A stretch of DNA of 64,000 nt from positions 16,747,903-16,811,902 of the forward strand of contig CM082577.2 of the NCBI GenBank assembly GCA_040954595.2. The letters are read 5' to 3'. The translations under genes were made by a program, and so were the position numbers. Numbering within the stretch: the stretch's first letter is position 1; each line of letters starts with the position of its first letter. Under the pieces are notes generated by a model, which saw only the letters and a program-made list of their open reading frames with translations, did no database searches and was not told where the DNA came from. Positions 24,356 through 36,006 of this stretch are shown piece after piece. Source of the DNA: Balanoglossus misakiensis (Eukaryota > Animalia > Hemichordata).

Positions 24356-24386
24356 GTCTGTGGACAATGAAGAGAAAGACAATAGA

Positions 24387-27300
24387 TTAAGAACATGCCG
24401 GACAAGTATAAACAGAAATCCTCCGCGCATCCCTGGTCGTCACCTCAACGCAGTGTCCATGGTACCACTCCGAGCAAGCATCACACTGGATCATGAACTC
24501 ACCACGATAGGGCTTCCGACAAACACAATATAGTGTCGATGATACATCGGCGATCTCTGCCTTACCTGTACTATTCCGTTTGAGATTTTCTTGATACCTC
24601 ATGACCCATTGGGGCAGGTCTCGGCTCCGACATAGCTTAAGCCGATCATGGTGGGCAGTTACTATGGCCCGCTGGAATTTTACCTTATACAAGTATGGTG
24701 TTAACTTGTTGATTATAATCCCAGGTCCTTTCCACAGATGACTTAATTTCCGGCTTTTCCCTTTTTCTACTGCAGATTCAAGCATGTAAACGCAATTCCC
24801 TACCTCGTAAGAATAAAGGTTTACCCTTAAATCATAATTCCTCTTCATTACTTCTTGGGTAGATTGAAGTTTGGTCCTTGCTATCTCATGCGCAAGCTTG
24901 ATAGCGGACTCAAGCTCACAGACATGGTCCTGCGGATCCTTACCTTTGACTGATGATAAGCCAAATACGAGGTCGGAAGGTTGATTGACTTCACGACCAA
25001 GCATTAGCTTATTGGGGGTGAATCCTGTATGTCTATTGATACAGGACCGGAGAGCTCCAGCAATTTGTGATAGATACACATCCCAGTTTCGCTGAGTTTT
25101 GTCCACAAAACATCGAACTGCATCCATCATACTTCTGTTGGCCCGCTCCACTTGTCCATTTGCGGAGGGCCGGTAGGGTGTAGTCCGGGTCTTGTGAATG
25201 TGTAGCACGTCACAAATTGCGGAGAACAGTTTACTCTCGAAGTTAGCGCCCTGGTCAGTGCAGATCTCAAATGGATAACCAAATCGCAAAAAGAAGTTTT
25301 CCACGGCTGCATGTGCTGTTATTTCCGCGGTTTGGGATGGAAGTGGTATGCACTCCACCCATTTCGTGAACTGGTCAACCATTACAAGAACACACTCATT
25401 CCCTCGTGCTGTTTGAGGTAGTGGGCCCAGGAAATCCAGATGGACACGCTCCATAGGGGCGCCAGCATGGAACTTGGTTAACTGGAATCGGGATCGACGC
25501 ACAGGTTTCTTGCTAGTTGCACAGACACTACAAGAAGTAATAAACCGGTTGATATCTCGAGACATACCATACCAGAAATATTTCTCCCTGAGTTTGGCTT
25601 GAGTCCTGGTAATCCCCTGATGTCCTGCAGCAGGAATGTTGTGATTTAACTCCATGACCTCCAACTGCAGCGATCTGGGCACAACCAGGGTCACACTGTC
25701 ATCCAGTTCCCTCCATATGGTCCCATTTTCAATAAAGAAGATATCCCTGTTAATCCAATAATACTTGGCTGCCGGAGAAGACAAGAATATCTCATTACTG
25801 CTTGGTTCCACTTTCGATGTAAGCCATGACCACAGAAAAATCAGATCTGCATCCTGTTGCTGGGCCTGACCGATTTCTTTGGTCGTATACCCCAAAAAGG
25901 TGCTGCCTTGGGTGTCTTGGTGAAACCGTGTAACAACCCAGCATTTTGGGGAGGATACGGTTTTAATTATCTCAACTGAGGGGTACATAGTATCCAGGTC
26001 ACTAATAGTACCATCCTCAGGAGATAAAGGATCCCAGCAGATGAAATCCGATTCCCATGGCCATTTTGGAAACTGGTTGGTGACTTGCAGTTGAGCAACC
26101 TTGAGGGTCGATTCGGTGTCCTTGCCCTGATAAGGAAATGAGACTAGTGGTACTACATCATCCACATCACTGGTAAAACGAGCCCAATTGTCATGTGCAC
26201 AAGTACAGTAGTACAGGGTAGATTTCCTGGTCTAACTTCGATGGAAAAATCGCAGCAAACTTCACCATGGGGCTGGCGTGATAAAGCATCGGCGTTACTG
26301 TGCTTCTTCCCAGGTCGGTGTTGTACGGTCATGTTGTATTGGCTAAGTTCTTCCTTGCCAGTTGTCCTTGGGGGTCCTTGAACCGTAGGAGCCAGACAAG
26401 ACTGCTATGGTCGGTTCTGATAGTAAATTGGTTCCCCAACAGAAAATGACGGTACTGGCGAGTAAACCGTACCACTGCTAGCAGCTCCTTCCTGGTAGTA
26501 CAATAGCGTCGTTGCTCAGGGGTAAGGGCATAACTTCCATAAGAAATTACTTTCTCCTCCCCATTCTGCAATTGCAATAATTCAGCTCCAATGGCGAAGT
26601 CTGATGCATCTGTATCTAAAATGAAAGGATCGGTGTTGCTGGGCAAAGCGAGCACAGGGGCAGACAACAAAGCCTCTTTCAATGTGTCAAAAGCCTGCTG
26701 TTGTTCCTGACCCCAAATGAAAGCTTTTTTCCCGGTAACACCATAGAGAGGAACAGCCGTATTAGCGAAATCTTTGATGAATGCTCGATGGTAATTGGCC
26801 AATCCCAAAAACTTCTCAACATCTTTGGTGTTCTTAGGTACGGGCCAATCCTTGACTGCTCGAATGGAACTTTTATCCAACTCCACATTGCCGTTCCTGA
26901 TGATGCGCCCCAAGAAGACGACTTCTCTTTGAAAGAGGTCGCACTTCTTGGGTTTCAGTTTTAGTTGGAAGTGACGCAGTCGACCAAAAACTTTCCGCAA
27001 GTAGGTCAGATGGTTGTCGAATGAAGTCCCAAGCACGAGAATGTCATCAATGAAGGCTAACACGATATCCCAAGTAAGACCTCTGAGTACTAGATTGATG
27101 ACTCTGGAGAATGTGGCTGGAGCATTGCAGAGACCAAAGGGCATTCTATTGAATTCAAACAAACCATATTTGGTGGTGAAGGCAGTTTTCTTCTGGTCTT
27201 CTTCCTTGATCCTAATCTGCCAATATGCTGAGTTTGCGTCCAATTTTGAAAACCACGTTTGTCCTGCCAATGTATCCAGACATTCTTCAATCAGAGGTAG

Positions 27301-28605
27301 AGGGTAGACATCTTTGGTCGTGTGATCATTTAATGCACGATAATCGACACACCAACGAACTCCCCCATCACGTTTTCTCACTAGTACTGGAGCAGAAGCC
27401 CACTCGGAAATAGAAGGTTGGATAACCCCTGCATCTAGCATCTTTTGAAGATGTGCCTCTTCTTCCTGCGCAAAACACATGGGTGTCCGGCGCATCCGCT
27501 GTTTGACTGGCTTGGAATCACCGGTGTCGATATGATGTTGAATGGTGGTGAAGTTCCCCAGATCAAATTCGGTTTTGGCAAACACATCTTCATACTCGAT
27601 AAGTAGATCTTGCACTCGAGCTTTTTCTTCATCTTGTAGATGGATGCCAGACCTCTCCAAGAGATCATGAAGATGTACAGGGATTTCGTCCTTCTCTGTT
27701 TCTCCGTTCCTTTCCTTGGATTCGACAGGTTGAAGTGAAACAGCCCCTACCTCTACCGCATGAGCGATGACCTTGCCTCTTCGAAGGGTCACAAACTCAT
27801 CAGTAGGGTTGACTATGCAAACTTTAGGTGTCTGTCCTCCTGAATGGAGTGTACGTGGTATCATTACCAGTAGATCTTCTGTTGATTCAACCACATACTC
27901 AGACATGGAGTCATGCATAGCACATGGCAGTCTAATTACAGTATTTGGTGGGATCCTTACCCTATGCAAGAGAGCGACTCTTGCGATCTTGGGTTCCCCT
28001 ATTACTGTACCAAACTGCAAGGGTATTATTTCATCCTCAATCCCAAGAATGTTGTTGAGTAAATCTAGATGGATCCCATGAGACCTAACAAAGTCGATGC
28101 CTAGGAGCATTTCGTCCTCAATGGGAGCCACATAGACTCGCTCCGAGTATAGACCTTTTCCCAATCGGATGTCAACCGGACCCACCAAAAACCCCTTCAT
28201 CTTCAGCTCCCTTCCGGCAGTTTGGAAGGTCACTTGGTTAATAATGGGCGGTTTAACATCTAACTGGTCAAAGAACTTATCAGAAATGATAGTTACTTCC
28301 GAAGCGGTATCAATTATCGCTTGGGTATCATGTCCTTGTATCCGAAGTGGAACGCGGTACATTTTACCGGAACGCAATTGACAAATAGTTAACAATTCAT
28401 GTGAATCGTTAACCCCATCTACGGAAGACAACGCAATGTTACCGTCTCCTACCACCCTCAAAACGTTGCGCTCCTTCCGAGTTACCTCTGGAGGAAACAC
28501 CCCGCTCTTTTGGATGGATGAAGGGATAACATCACTATGATGGTGATGGCCTGTTGATCTAGGGGTCACCTCCAGGCCTAATCGGTGGACCCCTTCCCGT
28601 TTGGG
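24387..28605 (-). pseudogene. pol: pol (PR-RT-RH-IN-PHD) of Gypsy C, with two small frameshifting deletions
   Basis: AIIDTASEVT, WCVDYR, MPFGLCNAPATF, FIDDIL, LDTDAS; integrase H..GH..CSVC, TDQGANFES, PSANGQVER; terminal PHD finger. Frame breaks near 26355 and 26210. Confidence 0.9.
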
Positions 28606-30617
28606 GGTTCCGAAAAGGATACCCTACGCTCTGGGGAGGTGAAGCGACGTGAAGGTGAGGCAGTGCAGTCCCGTTGAAAATGTCCAGGTTTTCTGCAGCG
28701 GTAGCAGTTGGACCTACTGGGAGAAGGAGATCTTGATCGTGCACTAACCAAACCCTCAAGTTGAAGAGCCATCTTATTTAAGGTAGATGTAAGGTCCGCT
28801 AGGTGGCGCTCCATTCGTGACATCCGTCGCTCCAGTTCACCAATGGGGGAGGCCTGCTTTGACGTCCCTGGAGGGGTGGTAGACACGGCTTTTACCTCAA
28901 TAGCTTCCTCCCCGGTCTGAGGAGAATCCTGGCTTACATACCGAACCCGAGGTGGTGGTGGTCGGTCAAAAATGGCTCGGCGATTGAATTGATGCCATTT
29001 TATTAGGTTGATAGCCTGTTCCATCGACCGAGGGTAGTTATTGGCGGCATACTGCCCAGCGTGCTTGTCAATACACCCCTGACAAAAACGTAAAACAGCC
29101 TGTTCCATCATAAACGAATCGGATACTCTGCTGTATGCGTTGGTAGCTACAGTTAGGATCCTATCAGCCCATTTGTTCAGAGGCTCGTTGGGTTCCTGTT
29201 TCTGTTGCAGGAAATCCAAATGGGCTGTCTCTGGCAGTTCTTTATAACCAAAGCGTTGCTCCAGTTTGAGCAACAGATCCATGTAACGAATATTCGGTTC
29301 GTTCTCCAGAATGATGGTGTAACAGTCCCCAGCTTCTCCATCCAGACACCAGCACAGTTGTTCACGTCGTACATCGCCTGACCAACCCTGGGAAGTTGCA
29401 TATTTGGAAAATCTCATGACAAAGGATTTCCAACTTCCCTCCCCATTAAAATACAGATTTTTGGGGAAATGCCGGGGTTGGATAGCGTCTGCCCCCTGAT
29501 GTCTTGGTGCATGGACTCTTGGAAGGGTATTTTCGGAATGAACATTCTGTCTTGAAGATGTTCCAGCAAGCATGCCTGGTGTCAACCCATATGCCCGGTC
29601 ACCCGCTCCAAAGTGCTGCGAAGTTGCAGACGGAACATTCATAGGCGGATTAGCTGTTCTATCCAATGAATGTAGACCCTGGGTGAATGTATGCGGTGCA
29701 CTGCCATGCACAGATGATGATGGCATTCCAGGGTGAGCTATAGGATGACCAGTATAGGATTGCGCCACCATCGGTGGTAGGGTGACAGGAAAATACCCCC
29801 CCAACGATGGAACAAAATGCCACTGGACAGAGGAGGTTTGTGGGCCAGACCGCTCTCCACAATACGGAACCGATGGTGGAACACCCCGGGGGTGTCCAGT
29901 CACAGGCACCGATTGCTGAAAAGCAGAAGGGGTCACAACAGTTCCTGCTGCAGCTGGAACAGGTGATTGCGAACGAGAATGTGACAATGGGGTATTAACC
30001 ACCGGAGCTGATTGTCGTCCATAAGTGGGCAGCGCAGAGGTCGTCATCGTTTCCATCGGTGGAGTGCTGCCGGTGACTTGTTGTGTACGCAGTGATCTTC
30101 TAGGAACCGTTCCGGATGCTGGAGTGAACGCGACGGATGGTGCAGCAATTGCAGACCCTGGTGGGACCATGACCGCTGGGCCCGCGCTCGCAAAATCATC
30201 ATCCAATGACATCTGTCCAACATCCGACCCAGGACCATCCAGACCACGCACAACACTCCTCCTTGATGACGGTGGCATGGATAACTCATCAATCTTCTTT
30301 ACCACGTTATCGATGGTAGGATCCCTCCGCGATGACCTTGGGGTTGCTGGAGGTTCGGGCAGCTTAGCCGGTGAAACCATGAAGCTTGCATCCTCCAATT
30401 CCACATCGAATGGCGGCCCGAACGTTGAAAAATCGACACGAGCCTTGAAATCTTCCGAGATGCTGATGTGGGGCAGGGCCATAACATGTTCCCATGTAAG
30501 GTTTCCCACCCGTTCTCGTTCAGTTAGCAAGGTTTTGGCCGATGCTCTTCCAATCCCATAGATGGTAATCAACTCATCCAAAGTACAGTGGTTAATGTAC
30601 ACCCTAGCCATTGTCAC
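28578..30617 (-). CDS. gag: Gag of Gypsy C with N-terminal helix-hairpin-helix domain
   Basis: 679-aa ORF: YINHCTLDELITIYGIGRASAKTL (HhH), Pro/Ser-rich linker, FNGEGSWKSF..LDGEA capsid-like region, CYRCRKPGHFQRDC knuckle. Confidence 0.9.
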   Translation of the reverse strand: MTMARVYINHCTLDELITIYGIGRASAKTLLTERERVGNLTWEHVMALPHISISEDFKARVDFSTFGPPFDVELEDASFMVSPAKLPEPPATPRSSRRDPTIDNVVKKIDELSMPPSSRRSVVRGLDGPGSDVGQMSLDDDFASAGPAVMVPPGSAIAAPSVAFTPASGTVPRRSLRTQQVTGSTPPMETMTTSALPTYGRQSAPVVNTPLSHSRSQSPVPAAAGTVVTPSAFQQSVPVTGHPRGVPPSVPYCGERSGPQTSSVQWHFVPSLGGYFPVTLPPMVAQSYTGHPIAHPGMPSSSVHGSAPHTFTQGLHSLDRTANPPMNVPSATSQHFGAGDRAYGLTPGMLAGTSSRQNVHSENTLPRVHAPRHQGADAIQPRHFPKNLYFNGEGSWKSFVMRFSKYATSQGWSGDVRREQLCWCLDGEAGDCYTIILENEPNIRYMDLLLKLEQRFGYKELPETAHLDFLQQKQEPNEPLNKWADRILTVATNAYSRVSDSFMMEQAVLRFCQGCIDKHAGQYAANNYPRSMEQAINLIKWHQFNRRAIFDRPPPPRVRYVSQDSPQTGEEAIEVKAVSTTPPGTSKQASPIGELERRMSRMERHLADLTSTLNKMALQLEGLVSARSRSPSPSRSNCYRCRKPGHFQRDCTASPSRRFTSPERRVSFSEPPNGKGSTD

Positions 30618-32251
30618 AGTTCACAATCTTAATTTACACAAGCCTTGGATGCAAAAACTTGAGCAAATTAAATTACCCTCTGATATGTTTAAACAAGTCT
30701 AGAAATTTTCTTTAAACTTGAGAAAACTATCAGTTAATAGATTTACACAAGTCTAACTAGTAAACTTGGAAAATCTATATGTTACTAACTGAATTCAATC
30801 TAAATTTAGACAAGTCCCCAAAAAGCCAAGAAATTCGGAAAAATCAAGTGAAGTGTCACTATGCAATCACACAAGCCACAGATTTCTCCACGAACTTGAA
30901 TAAAGTGACGACACAGATCCAAATCCCCAATTCTAATCAATTTCAAAGCTTCTCAAAAACTTGAAGAAACTCGATAAATTCAGTACAGGGAAAAGGGACA
31001 AGTGCTGTTTTTCTCGTGGGAAGACTTATTTTTTTTTCAAAAAGGCCGAAACAATTGCACAGAAAAAATTCCTACACTCTTGGATACAAGCACGAATTGC
31101 AGGACCCTAACAGTGGTAGAAATCTCCTGAATCCATGCAGTAATTGTGATATGCGATCACCCACTTTCAGGATGACCACACATTATCACTACTGCAATAT
31201 TACCCAAATGACCCACAAGGAAAATGCTCTCAGTGATAGAAGAAATTATTGACCTGTTATATTTGTCGGTTTTTTTATTACTAGAACGTAACAATATTTT
31301 CGACCTGTTATATTTGTTGGTCGGTTTTTTTTTTTTTTTAGTACTGGAAATATCTAAGCTATCCCAGAAATATGCAACAATAACGAAGATATCCAGTAAC
31401 AACAGAGTCAACGCTTCAAACTAAAATTCAAATAACCAGGTGGTAGATAAATTTGCACAAGAATGATCGAATTCCCGCGTCAAACGCTATTCAAAGAAAA
31501 ATTCCCGCTCCACAAATGTTATGCAATCTCTCAGCGAAATGCTTTCAAAAATAATCCCGACACGTAACCGTACGACAAACTGCACAGATGTCCCCAAAGA
31601 ATTCCTCCAATATACAAATGCCGCGCTCCCGCAACAGGTGTTTTCTTGAAGAAAAACCCCGAGAACAAAAATACAAAAGGTCGCACAAGAAACGCCGAGA
31701 ACGGTACCGATAGATAATTGAAAACGGCTCCGCAAACACCTACAGCACAAAGGAAATTCCCGGCCAATAAAGACGTAGTTTCGCCAGTGTCGCCAAAGAA
31801 AAACCAGTGCGAAGCAATGAAACGAAACCGCCACAATCGCCGTCCCAGCGACCGTATCGTCCGACAAAAATGCAGTAAATAATCCACACAAATGCCGACA
31901 CAGGAAGATTTAATTCAACAAAACGCATGAAAAACTACACACAAACGCTGCACCGGAAAGTTCTAGGTTTCACGAATGACAAGAATTCCCAAACTCAAGT
32001 ACAAAAAAACCCGAAACTAAATAAACAAATTCCCGCACACACTTTCACTTCCAACACAATTACTTGAGATCCTTTGGTGATACGGAAAATCTGCTCACTC
32101 AGGTAAACCACACAAGCTACTCAAATTCACCGATGAGCACCAGTACAGAAACACCACAGTCTCCGGGTAATTTTTTTCCTTTTACTTTTTCCGCCCGAAA
32201 ACAATGAGTCTTGTACTTACCCAATCCCCTCAAAAATTCCGCAGGGAAGAA

Positions 32252-32267
32252 GTTGCTCGCAGCGCCA
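32252..32267 (-). promoter_or_regulatory. Primer-binding site (tRNA-Ser-like)
   Basis: Minus strand TGGCGCTGCGAGCAAC, 1 nt after the 5' LTR. Confidence 0.7.
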
Positions 32268-32268
32268 A

Positions 32269-32563
32269 TGTAGCGTTTTCCCCAACTTCAACGCCACGGA
32301 AAGGTTTCCCTAGTCAATGCCCGTAACGCATACTCACCTAGTTGAGTGCGTGCAGGCGGTCCGGGTCCAGAACAAGTAGAGCGTGTAGCACCAGACCATG
32401 GACGAGACGAGAGAGAACCCCGGCTTCCGGTCCCACGGTGATATATATAACCTTCACGGGGTCACGTGACAGGTCACATAAGGGTCATCACCCAATCAGC
32501 ATTTCCACAGGAATCTCCAGGCACTGGTATACTCCAGGTGAGGTATTCTCCAGAAATACCACA
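32269..32563 (-). repeat. 5' LTR of Gypsy C
   Basis: Direct repeat of 21304-21598; TATA-like TTATATATA on the minus strand near 32441-32449. Confidence 0.95.
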
Positions 32564-32790
32564 ACGTCACTGGTCTTGCTGCTCTGGCTGGGAAAACGTT
32601 TCAGCTTGCATTTGTTGCACAGTTGTAAGTCTCCTCGGCACAATTGTACTCCCCTGTTAGTTTTGCAGTCGTTGCACTTCATCATTTTCCTTAACGTATT
32701 GTACGGGCACAAATTGACAGGATATTTCCAATTGTTCAGGGAGCCGATGCACCACGCTGTCGTGGCTTTCAAGATGGCGTCAATCTGTGA
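32564..32790 (-). pseudogene. LINE 5' UTR and ORF1 N-terminus (Cys-rich)
   Basis: MMKCNDC...LCNKC reading into the ACGT TSD and continuing at 21299. GACGCCATCTTG (YY1-like) near the presumed 5' end. Confidence 0.6.
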
Positions 32791-34379
32791 TGTGGTGTAT
32801 GGACATAAAGCAATGGAAACCAGCTCCATTTGTCAGTGATGTTGTATCCCTCAAAAGAAGAAAAGGAAAATGTGAAAAAAATTTCCAACAACTCAAAGTG
32901 TATGTGTTTTATTTTATTCGTTGATTGTCTTAAAATGAAAAGTTGAATGAGTTGTTTCCAACCTGCTTATTGTTAATAATAATTTTACTAGTGGTGATGT
33001 TCATGTTATGGTAAATTGTAATTTTAATGAGAATATTAAAGATTCCTTGCTTTTCTTTCTAAAGCAAAAAAGAAAAAAAACAAGCTTGGGTTGCTGAACT
33101 TGAAATCAATCTCCAATGTGCCATTTTGTTGCTGTGTGAATTGTGCATGTGTTGATGTGTGAAGATGAGAAAGCCATCAAGCAGTTTCCCCAAGGGTCAT
33201 AATGAAGGCCCCTTTGCCCCCCGGGCCCGTATGAAGTATTGTTTTTACTTTTCCTGTGGCTCTTCCGCCCATCTTTTCCACCTTTTATATTCAACCAAAC
33301 TGTTGCCAAACGGCCGTCTTTCCTAATCCTACTCAAAACCTTCCTACAGTTGGGGCAAACTAATCTTGGGGGATGTCTAAACTAATATTCACATGAAAGA
33401 GGTCAGTGATCTCCGTGGTGTACTTGCCTCTCTAAAAGTTTCAGTCAATCTATCACTACTACGGGATCGGGAACATATCCTACACCTATTAGCTATTTCA
33501 TGTTTGTGGTCAGCCATTATCTAAAATTCTGAAAACAAAAACAGCATGACATTCAAAATCGCGGCCATTGAAAAACAGCTGATCGATCATGTTATGCTAT
33601 GTTTTCCTGGATGCAATGAGGCACGGACTTTGACAGAAAAATAACAGGTTTCCACTAAAAAATGTGGCCGATCAGTTACACAGTCTTTATATTAGGACAA
33701 TTTTGGCGTCAAAAAAAAAGATCGATTTAGAAGACATTTGAAAAAATGGCAAAAACTTACCTCGATTTTGAAGTAGATGGCTGTTTTCGACTTATGGTAC
33801 ATGATTGTTACCCTAGTTGCTGGTATAAATACATATGTACTGCAGATTATTCTGTTGTTCACTACTACATAACTTTGGTATCGCTCCTCATTACTGTGAG
33901 AATGAAAGAAAGGAGTTCCTTTTAAAATTCAATATTTCAAACCATTATTTGAATATATTATTGACAAGTTGCATTTTACTCTTGCTTAGGTTTTCTCTCA
34001 ACACTATCAAATATTTACAACAAACCTCGTGATAACAGGTCAAAACTTACATAGTGTGAATTGAGATTATCAGAAGCCATGAAATAATTATGCAAGTTAG
34101 TCACTTGGCCATGAAATAATTTTTACGGTATTACATGGCATTTTATACAACTGAGTAAACAAGGGGCCGGACTACTTCTATGTTATGATACAAATTGTCG
34201 TCTGCTACCTTAAGTTCATGAACCTAAACACGATGGAGGACAGGCATTGCGACTGTCAAAATTGCGAATATTTTGATCATATGGAAAGTGAATTTTATTA
34301 TGAAGACCCTGTGGAAACAAGCGGAAATTCCCAAGGATATGGCGGCGGACGTCTCGCTGACCGTAGCACTAGGAACCGC

Positions 34380-34500
34380 GAGCGCAGAAAGGTATGCCCA
34401 TGTCAACACCGCTGACGTCGACGCCCTGGTTGCAGCACAGAAAAATCCAAACACTGAAATGAAAACATGACGCGAAGTAGCAGTTTTCCGAGAATGGCTT
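34380..34500 (+). pseudogene. Crypton/DUF3504-like tyrosine recombinase N-terminal relic
   Basis: RYAHVNTADVDALVAAQKNPNTEMKT*REVAVFREWL resembles the RF...L......NT...T...V..F..W motif of Crypton-derived proteins. Confidence 0.4.
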
Positions 34501-34789
34501 CAATCTATAGCAGAAGAAACTCGCCCTCTAACCAACGTTATTCTGTAGCCAGTGCCGACCAGCAGTGTCAAATGAGCAACATACTCACAGGGACTCAGAA
34601 TACATTTGATCCACGTCCGACCGTAGCGAGCACAACACGTCTGATAGTACCAGCTGGAAAGATGCAACCCCCTGTTGCCGGCCCTTCGCATGCGACGGCT
34701 ATTCGAGGTCCAGTTCCCACATTTCACCAATTGCCACGAAGGGTTTGATTATCATTCCTGTCACCTTTGATAGCAAATAAATCTCTCGA

Positions 34790-35640
34790 CAGATAAGCAA
34801 ACAAATATTTGAACAGTTCGAAGAAGTTCGCTGCCACGTCAGGAAAAATGCAGTGTCATTCGGAGGTATTCAAGTTATCGCCAGTGGCGACTTCTTCTAA
34901 CTGACACCTGTGGTTAATCCATGTTATGGAGATGGAGAGTTTTGTTTCAAATCAGAAGTGCTCCACAAATTCCACCATGTGAATTTAACTAAAGTCCATA
35001 AAATTGGCCAACACAGAACTGCTAATTGATACTGTATGGGAGACAGCGGTTGGGAATATCTGCACCGGTACCGATAAAATTTTGAAGGAATTGTCTCGAC
35101 CACTGAAAGAAGATTTCTCACCAGTATATTTATTTGCGAACAACCTTGAAGTGGATATGTTTAATGCAGAGAGACTGATGGAATTCCAGGGATTGGAAAA
35201 TATACAAATCTAAGAATGACAGTAATTATTCTGATTGAAATGGAATCCTGTTGTGACAAGATAGCAAATGAAATTATGAAAAGTTCAATAAGCAGGTTTC
35301 TGTAATTGTTTTTTGCCGACATTTATCCATGAGATAATATATATTCATTACAGCTTTGAAATAATATTGGGATATTTATAATTGAACCTAAATAACCTTA
35401 TCCAGTGGGCATAAATAATCCATCGAATAACTTTTTTCCATATATTTAATTTCCAGGTCAGAAAACATACTTAAAATATTCAGTAGTGCCTAATATCTTG
35501 TGCATGAAAATCAGTTGCTCTGTAATCTAACTTAAAAACCTAGGCCCTGGTATAGTGAATGGTTTACGTAGTGTTGTCGCGGCAATGGAAGAAGACCATG
35601 TACCAGTCAACTTTGATAACGGAAAACTGCCTAGGGTAAG
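34790..35640 (+). pseudogene. PIF1-like SF1 helicase relic
   Basis: FGGIQVIASGDFF*LTPV (motif III), LFANNLEVDMFN, and LKNLGPGIVNGLRSVV; contains stops and frameshifts. Confidence 0.7.
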
Positions 35641-36006
35641 AACCAAATGATCTTTATAGTGTTGCTGTGTGGTCATAAATTTGTTATTTTTATTACAGTT
35701 GACTGCTATGTCAAGCAGAAAATGAGCAAGTTGGTGTGTCTCATATTGAAAAAAATAAGATGCAATTGACACACTGAATTAAAATGATGGAAAATATAGC
35801 TAGAAGGTTCAGATAGTGGCCTTTTGAAAAACATTTAGATTTTACATTTTTTATAAAAGTATTTTCCAATGTTCTTCCCATGTTACAGGTATGGCAAAAC
35901 TGCTTTCGTAGTTGGCCCATATGGTGCACCTACAACATTTGATACTTTCCATGACCGTGACTACAAGTATATATTGGGTTTCCCATAGCATTTCCTCAAT
36001 GAGGCT

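Larger units (their letters stand above)
21304..32563 (-). mobile_element. Full-length Ty3/Gypsy LTR retrotransposon C (11260 bp) with HhH-Gag, PHD-integrase and an extra TatD-domain ORF
   Basis: 295-bp LTRs (21304-21598, 32269-32563, about 5 mismatches), ACGT TSD (21300-21303, 32564-32567), PBS, PPT, and gag-pol-ORF3 on the minus strand. Confidence 0.95.

Noticed and set aside
30025-30561. Antisense ORFs over Gypsy C gag and ORF3 (also 23561-24533)
   Set aside because: GC-rich coding shadows with no recognisable motifs.
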